Positions 60,001 to 64,000 of a DNA stretch of 64,000 nucleotides are shown here, piece after piece; positions within the stretch are counted from its first letter, which is position 1, and every line of letters begins with the position of its first letter. The stretch is taken from the IMG/VR virus record IMGVR_UViG_3300045988_134583, positions 9,820-73,819 of that record; one strand, 5' to 3'. The DNA comes from a virus. The translations under genes were made by a program, and so were the position numbers. Under the pieces are notes generated by a model. It was not told the origin of the DNA. It saw nothing but the letters and a program-made list of their open reading frames with translations, and did not search any database.

Positions 60001-60557
60001 TTTGTAGCTTCCTCGTATCTGAATGTAAAACCCCTGATTTCGTCTCCTTTTATTCTGCCTTGACAGATATGTGCAACGGTACTGGGGTCGTAATTATTGG
60101 CCTTACCGGCCTCTTTTATGCTGGGGTAGATATCCAGAACTGATCCGTCTGTAGACGAAATTTTAAGAACTGACTTGCGTTTGCCCTTGTTTGTTTGAGA
60201 TATTAGATTGCTTATTTGGGATATCCCGATATTTGAGAGGACGCAATTTGATTTGCAACTGTCTATATTATATGCTATGCATCCTTCCGGCACACCGCCT
60301 AAGAAGGTTGTCGCCATGAAGTAAGGAACTGCTCGTACTTTGAATTTTCCATTGGGCTGCATCAGCCCTATGGAGTATACTGCTCCGGTGCTGCGGAAGG
60401 CACGCCAGCCGGGTCTTAATTTGACGTACCTTCCGTCAGGAAGAAGTTTTCGGAAGTTCCCGGCTCGATCTACCTGATATCGGTGCTTCCAGTCGCCGGG
60501 AATGTCCGTAAAACCATTGGGGTCGTTTGCCGTGTCCGTATAGATTTTATTGGGCAT
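59943..60557 (-). CDS. NUMOD4/HNH-homing-endonuclease-like protein with degenerate HNH (paralog)
   Basis: FTDIPGDWKHRYQVDRAGNFRKL ... FMATTFLGGVPEGCIAYNIDSCKSNCVLSNI ... ISSTDGSVLDIYPSIKEAG. Paralogous to 59449..60000. Confidence 0.45.
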   Translation of the reverse strand: MPNKIYTDTANDPNGFTDIPGDWKHRYQVDRAGNFRKLLPDGRYVKLRPGWRAFRSTGAVYSIGLMQPNGKFKVRAVPYFMATTFLGGVPEGCIAYNIDSCKSNCVLSNIGISQISNLISQTNKGKRKSVLKISSTDGSVLDIYPSIKEAGKANNYDPSTVAHICQGRIKGDEIRGFTFRYEEATKWELSRLEKIKTISTVGRT

Positions 60558-61140
60558 TATCGTCTTTTTCTCCGGTAATGAGCCAAGAGAACGGAAGGGA
60601 CTGTTTTATCCATTTACAGAACTCAACCCACTCCGGCAGACGATGGTTCTTTCTCTGGCTGTAGATGGTTTTGAGCTGCAAGTAGTTTGTGGTAATTCCC
60701 GCCGTGAGAATAAGACCCGACGGGCAATTATACAGCAGACGAAGATAATCTTCCGGGCTGTTGGTTTGGTTATAGGCCATTCTAAGCCTCTCCATTTCCC
60801 TTTTTGTGTTCTCCGTCACATAAGGACACATGCAAGCATCGTAGTCCATTTTCGAGATGCGGTGCATGGTGGATTGGCTGGATACGATATCGAACCAATG
60901 ATATCTTTCGGCTTCCACCCACGCCTTGTTCGATAACGATAGGTCGAACTGGACAATAATGCCTTTCAAAAAATTATCGTGTCCGCTTCCCTTGGGAGAT
61001 GTTGCCAGTTTTTCTATGGTTTTTGTGTACTCGTTTGTGCATTTTCCCGCACATAGTGACATCGGGAATTTAGATACGCGGAAACTGTTTTCCAACCCAT
61101 ATACTTGAACATTGCTCACAAGCTTCGGCCAGTTGGTCAT
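60547..61140 (-). CDS. divergent ThyX-like (flavin-dependent thymidylate synthase fold) protein
   Basis: GHDNFLKGIIVQFDLSLSNKAWVEAERYHWFDIVSSQSTMHR aligns by eye with ThyX [40 protein letters not shown]. The later NYLQLKTIYSQRKNHRLPEW aligns with NFLNLRADSHAQWE. Confidence 0.45.
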   Translation of the reverse strand: MTNWPKLVSNVQVYGLENSFRVSKFPMSLCAGKCTNEYTKTIEKLATSPKGSGHDNFLKGIIVQFDLSLSNKAWVEAERYHWFDIVSSQSTMHRISKMDYDACMCPYVTENTKREMERLRMAYNQTNSPEDYLRLLYNCPSGLILTAGITTNYLQLKTIYSQRKNHRLPEWVEFCKWIKQSLPFSWLITGEKDDNAQ

Positions 61141-61355
61141 TTAATACACACCTCGTAATGCTCGGCTACGTTATGCGCCGTCTCCATAAGTTCCAATCCG
61201 TCTGCTTCCCGGCGAAGAAAAATAATTCCGTGTCCGGAAAGCTCGAAGCAACGGTATCGTCTGAATACGCTGCCTGCTTTTATTTCTGCAATGCAGTTCT
61301 TGCCACCTATGATGTGGCCGAAGGTGACATAGGGCTTTTTACAAACAAACTTCAT
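61137..61355 (-). CDS. hypothetical protein (72 aa)
   Basis: ORF with a 4-nt overlap to the downstream gene. Confidence 0.4.
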   Translation of the reverse strand: MKFVCKKPYVTFGHIIGGKNCIAEIKAGSVFRRYRCFELSGHGIIFLRREADGLELMETAHNVAEHYEVCIK

Positions 61356-61367
61356 TGTTGGTTCTCC

Positions 61368-61613
61368 TTATTTGTTCCAGCGGCAGACTGGACATAAGCG
61401 GTTTTTGAAGTCTTTGTATCCGCCACATAAAAGGCAGAGTTCGTTACGCATATCCATTATGCTTTGGGGAGAGAACCCGGTTTCTTCGTATGCCGCAAGA
61501 ACCGGGACAACGGCGGCTACGCAGTCCAACGAATCGTTGCAACGCCCTTTTTTAGGACAATTCTCGCAATTCAGGTGCGGGCCGTTCTTGCCGTTCATAG
61601 TGAGCCTTTGCAT
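61368..61613 (-). CDS. Cys-rich hypothetical protein (81 aa)
   Basis: CENCPKKGRC...C...CLLCGG...CPVC, several CxxC pairs. Confidence 0.45.
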   Translation of the reverse strand: MQRLTMNGKNGPHLNCENCPKKGRCNDSLDCVAAVVPVLAAYEETGFSPQSIMDMRNELCLLCGGYKDFKNRLCPVCRWNK

Positions 61614-61617
61614 ATAT

Positions 61618-61821
61618 TTACATCCTCTCTGGATACTTATACCGTTTACTACTTCCGTTCACCCATCCGTGGCTTCGGATTCCTCCGCCTGCGCGAATTT
61701 GAAGCTCTCTCTGGGCTGCGTAGGCTTCTATAGTTCCGCAGCCGTTCTTCTTCTTTTTGAGTGAGAGCGTATAAAGTTCCTCGTCAGTCATTTCTCTGAT
61801 CTGCTGGGCTGTGTAGGCCAT
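61618..61821 (-). CDS. hypothetical protein (67 aa)
   Basis: ORF overlapping the 3' end of the methyltransferase gene. Confidence 0.4.
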   Translation of the reverse strand: MAYTAQQIREMTDEELYTLSLKKKKNGCGTIEAYAAQRELQIRAGGGIRSHGWVNGSSKRYKYPERM

Positions 61822-62386
61822 ATTTTGAAACCTCCGGTTTTGTCAGCGGAACGTATCTGGTATGCACGATAGGGAACTCGCTCGGATACCAAACACACCA
61901 CATTACGTCCATAAGAGGGGAACCACTCCCGCGCTTTTTGAAAAGGAAGTCCGGTCGCCAAGTTAGTGGAAGAATAAATTTAGGCGGGAACGAAAAGAAA
62001 AGTGGATATCTTTTTTTAGAATGCCAGTATTGGCTTTTGAGAAGAAGGGCAAAGTTCACGTTGTGCTCTACGCACCTTTTTATGAACTGTTCTGCTAAAG
62101 AAAACGGAGGATTCGTTATTATCCAATCGCATGGGATTTTATCTGTAGTAAGGAAGTCTTTACCGGATCGTATGTCGGTTCCTATGCAGTTATAGCCAAT
62201 TTGCCCGATGGCTTCCACCATGTCTCCTTCCCCGCAAGCTGGCTCCCATATGAGCTTTCCTTTCGGGATCCGAAGAAATTCCATTAACGCTACAGTTGCT
62301 TCCGGTGGAGTGGGATAAAAGTCAGATTCCGCCCTGCCGTATGCGGAGTTTCCGCCTACAATACGGCTTCCAAGTTTATCATCCAT
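61784..62386 (-). CDS. orphan N6-adenine DNA methyltransferase (gamma-class motif order)
   Basis: DFYPTPPE, then motif I WEPACGEGDM, then motif IV NPPF. No adjacent restriction gene. Confidence 0.75.
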   Translation of the reverse strand: MDDKLGSRIVGGNSAYGRAESDFYPTPPEATVALMEFLRIPKGKLIWEPACGEGDMVEAIGQIGYNCIGTDIRSGKDFLTTDKIPCDWIITNPPFSLAEQFIKRCVEHNVNFALLLKSQYWHSKKRYPLFFSFPPKFILPLTWRPDFLFKKRGSGSPLMDVMWCVWYPSEFPIVHTRYVPLTKPEVSKYGLHSPADQRND

Positions 62387-62465
62387 ATTTAATTGTCCTT
62401 TTTATATAATTAGAAAATTCGAAATGAAATTGGGAATTAAAAATGTGATTATGTGCGAAAAGGAT

Positions 62466-62490
62466 GGGAGTGCGGGAGTTTCGCACTCCC
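62466..62490 (-). terminator. putative hairpin terminator
   Basis: GGGAGTGCG-ggagttt-CGCACTCCC, a 9-bp stem just downstream (minus sense) of 62505..63179. Weak T-run. Confidence 0.4.
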
Positions 62491-62504
62491 AAGCGAGAAA
62501 ATGG

Positions 62505-63179
62505 TTACTCCTTGATTTCCAGCATTGTTACACAGTGATTGTGTCGTTCACTGTTTAGGAATCCCGGATGTTTAGCATCCTCTGCGTCCTTGTAAGGCTC
62601 ATATCTACGCTTTGGATACTTGTCTCCATCGTCAGCAGTTACAACGCCGTCTTTATACTCGTAGATTTTCCCTACAGTCCACCAGTCGTATCCGCCATTC
62701 TCTACGCACACCATTTTTCCGTTGTAATACTTCGGCTTCTCCGGCTCCTTCTTTTTCGCTCCCAGCGCCCTCCTGAGTGCCAGTTCGCACCCGGTATACA
62801 GGTCAAATTCATCATCCGGGGAGCATTTCGCCGTGCCGTGCAAATCGCCCATGCGTACGGTAATGGTGTTGCCGTTGCGCTTGATTACGCCGATGGTTTC
62901 TTCACGTTCAAACTCGGAGAAGGGGACGATTTTCCAACCTTCGTTTTTGTGACTCCCAGCACTGGAATACGTGAGATACTTGTTTTGCTTATCACCAAAC
63001 CCGCACTCTATTTGGTGCCCATCAAGGCCGCTTCCAGTGGCAAAGCTGTCAAGAGGTAACATTCCTCCGCACCACCTAAGCCCTGCCTTCTGGCACATCT
63101 TCAAGAACTCAATCCGTTCTTCCCTACTCGCAAAGCTGACCGCGATCTTCTTCTCAATAAAATCATTCATGGTATACAT
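62505..63179 (-). CDS. hypothetical protein (224 aa)
   Basis: ORF between the FolD-like and methyltransferase genes. Confidence 0.5.
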   Translation of the reverse strand: MYTMNDFIEKKIAVSFASREERIEFLKMCQKAGLRWCGGMLPLDSFATGSGLDGHQIECGFGDKQNKYLTYSSAGSHKNEGWKIVPFSEFEREETIGVIKRNGNTITVRMGDLHGTAKCSPDDEFDLYTGCELALRRALGAKKKEPEKPKYYNGKMVCVENGGYDWWTVGKIYEYKDGVVTADDGDKYPKRRYEPYKDAEDAKHPGFLNSERHNHCVTMLEIKE

Positions 63180-63194
63180 GGTTTTGCTCCTTTC

Positions 63195-63923
63195 TCACAT
63201 TAAAACATGGCTCATCAACACTGCCGTGGTCACAGGCCCCACGCCGCCCTTGAAGGGGATGAGGTTGATCCCAGGATCGTACTCCTCGTACCCATCACCA
63301 ACATAGTCCCCTCCTACGTTAATCACTGTGCATCCGCGAGGCACCCACGTCCAGTCCAGCAGTCCCTTTTGTCCCGATGCACATACGACAATATCCGCAT
63401 TGCCTACCTGCTCTATCAGTTTTGCCTTTTCCGTCTTGCTGTGGCACACCGTCACAGTGGCATCCCGAGCCAGCAGGAGCATGGCCGTAGGCTTGCCTAC
63501 TCTCTCCGACCGCCCGATTACTACCGCATGTTTGCCCGCTATGGGAATATTGTAGTAGTCCAGCATACGGATGATCGCTTCGGCGGTGCAGGGAGTGTAT
63601 TCGCACATCTCTCCTACATAAGCCTTTACCCGTCCAGCATCGTTTTGCCCGTCCATGGCGTAAAAACCGAACGCGTCTGAGGCCGGTGGCTTACGCACAT
63701 CCAGCACCGTAAACGTCCCCATCCTTCCCGCCTGTAAAAGACTTTCCGCGTACACCAGTCTTACCTGCCACCGCTCGGCCTCCCGCTGGATTGCCGCCAG
63801 ATATCCCTTGTCCGATGTATCATCCTTGATAACCGTAAGTATGCGTTTCCACGCCATTGCCTCAATCCACTCTGCGTACTGCTCCCGCAGGGCATCCGCT
63901 ACTGGTTTGCCGTATAAGATCAT
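63195..63923 (-). CDS. FolD-like methylenetetrahydrofolate dehydrogenase/cyclohydrolase homolog
   Basis: GKHAVVIGRSERVGKPTAMLLLARDATVTVCHSKT...ADIVVCASGQKGLL...VINVG...KGGVGPVTTAVLMSHV parallels E. coli FolD (G.S..VG.P, T..H..T, GGVGP). AAAGGAGG RBS. Confidence 0.7.
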   Translation of the reverse strand: MILYGKPVADALREQYAEWIEAMAWKRILTVIKDDTSDKGYLAAIQREAERWQVRLVYAESLLQAGRMGTFTVLDVRKPPASDAFGFYAMDGQNDAGRVKAYVGEMCEYTPCTAEAIIRMLDYYNIPIAGKHAVVIGRSERVGKPTAMLLLARDATVTVCHSKTEKAKLIEQVGNADIVVCASGQKGLLDWTWVPRGCTVINVGGDYVGDGYEEYDPGINLIPFKGGVGPVTTAVLMSHVLM

Positions 63924-64000
63924 GCTGCCTCCTTTGCCGCCGCCAGATCGTCACACCACCGCAAAAATGCCCGGAGCAGTGGGTTTGTGTTGCCCTGATC
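63920..64000 (-). CDS. 3' end of an upstream gene (5' end outside window)
   Basis: Open minus-strand frame from the window edge (...DQGNTNPLLRAFLRWCDDLAAAKEAA*). Its TGA overlaps the FolD-like ATG (ATGA). Confidence 0.4.
   Translation of the reverse strand, partial: DQGNTNPLLRAFLRWCDDLAAAKEAA

Overview
The whole 64-kb window reads as the genome of a temperate, siphovirus-like tailed phage from a Gram-positive, Clostridia-type host. RBSs are AGGAGG-like, the operons are tightly packed, and about 85% of the genes lie on the minus strand. I see no convincing chromosomal flank.

Reading the minus strand from high to low coordinates:
- 64.0-57.2 kb: a nucleotide-metabolism and DNA-modification block. 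It holds a FolD-like gene, a gamma-class N6-adenine methyltransferase, a divergent ThyX-like gene, an all-alpha NTP pyrophosphohydrolase-like gene and two degenerate HNH-like paralogs, followed by a Bro antirepressor and SSB.
- 57.15-53.7 kb: an apparently intact attP (tRNA 3' fragment, terminator and flanking arm repeats) next to a tyrosine integrase and a divergent XRE switch.
- 53.3-41.5 kb: early genes. These are RHH/XRE regulators, two more Bro antirepressors, a sigma-70-family factor, YqaJ exonuclease, RecT, an HNHc nuclease, a replisome organizer with internal iterons, a DnaC-like loader and a RuvC-like resolvase.
- 41.5-41.4 kb: two identical 25-nt elements, each placed 8 nt from a -10 box, upstream of the terminase genes.
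- 41.2-9.4 kb: the packaging, head, tail and lysis modules. Interspersed are tRNA-Gln, tRNA-Asn, a truncated tRNA-like minihelix and a ~550-nt ORF-poor, helix-rich region.
- 9.3-8.6 kb: a complete type III toxin-antitoxin locus. It has a promoter, three 36-37-nt repeats, a terminator and an AbiQ/ToxN-like toxin gene.
- 8.4-0 kb: a mostly plus-strand accessory block. It holds a second tyrosine recombinase, an AntA/KilAC antirepressor, two RHH cassettes, a Zn-ribbon membrane protein, a lipoprotein and two more Bro-N genes.

The most interesting signals are:
- the type III TA locus, together with a second pair of structured 37-nt repeats in its 3' region;
- the large candidate structured RNA next to tRNA-Asn;
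- palindromes with compensatory substitutions embedded at the same position in the Bro-N paralogs;
- the duplicated non-sigma70-type late promoter architecture, seen alongside a phage sigma factor;
- the ThyX-like / FolD-like / NTP-PPase / methyltransferase cluster.

All functional calls rest on motifs recognised by eye and on gene order. No database search or RNA folding was run.
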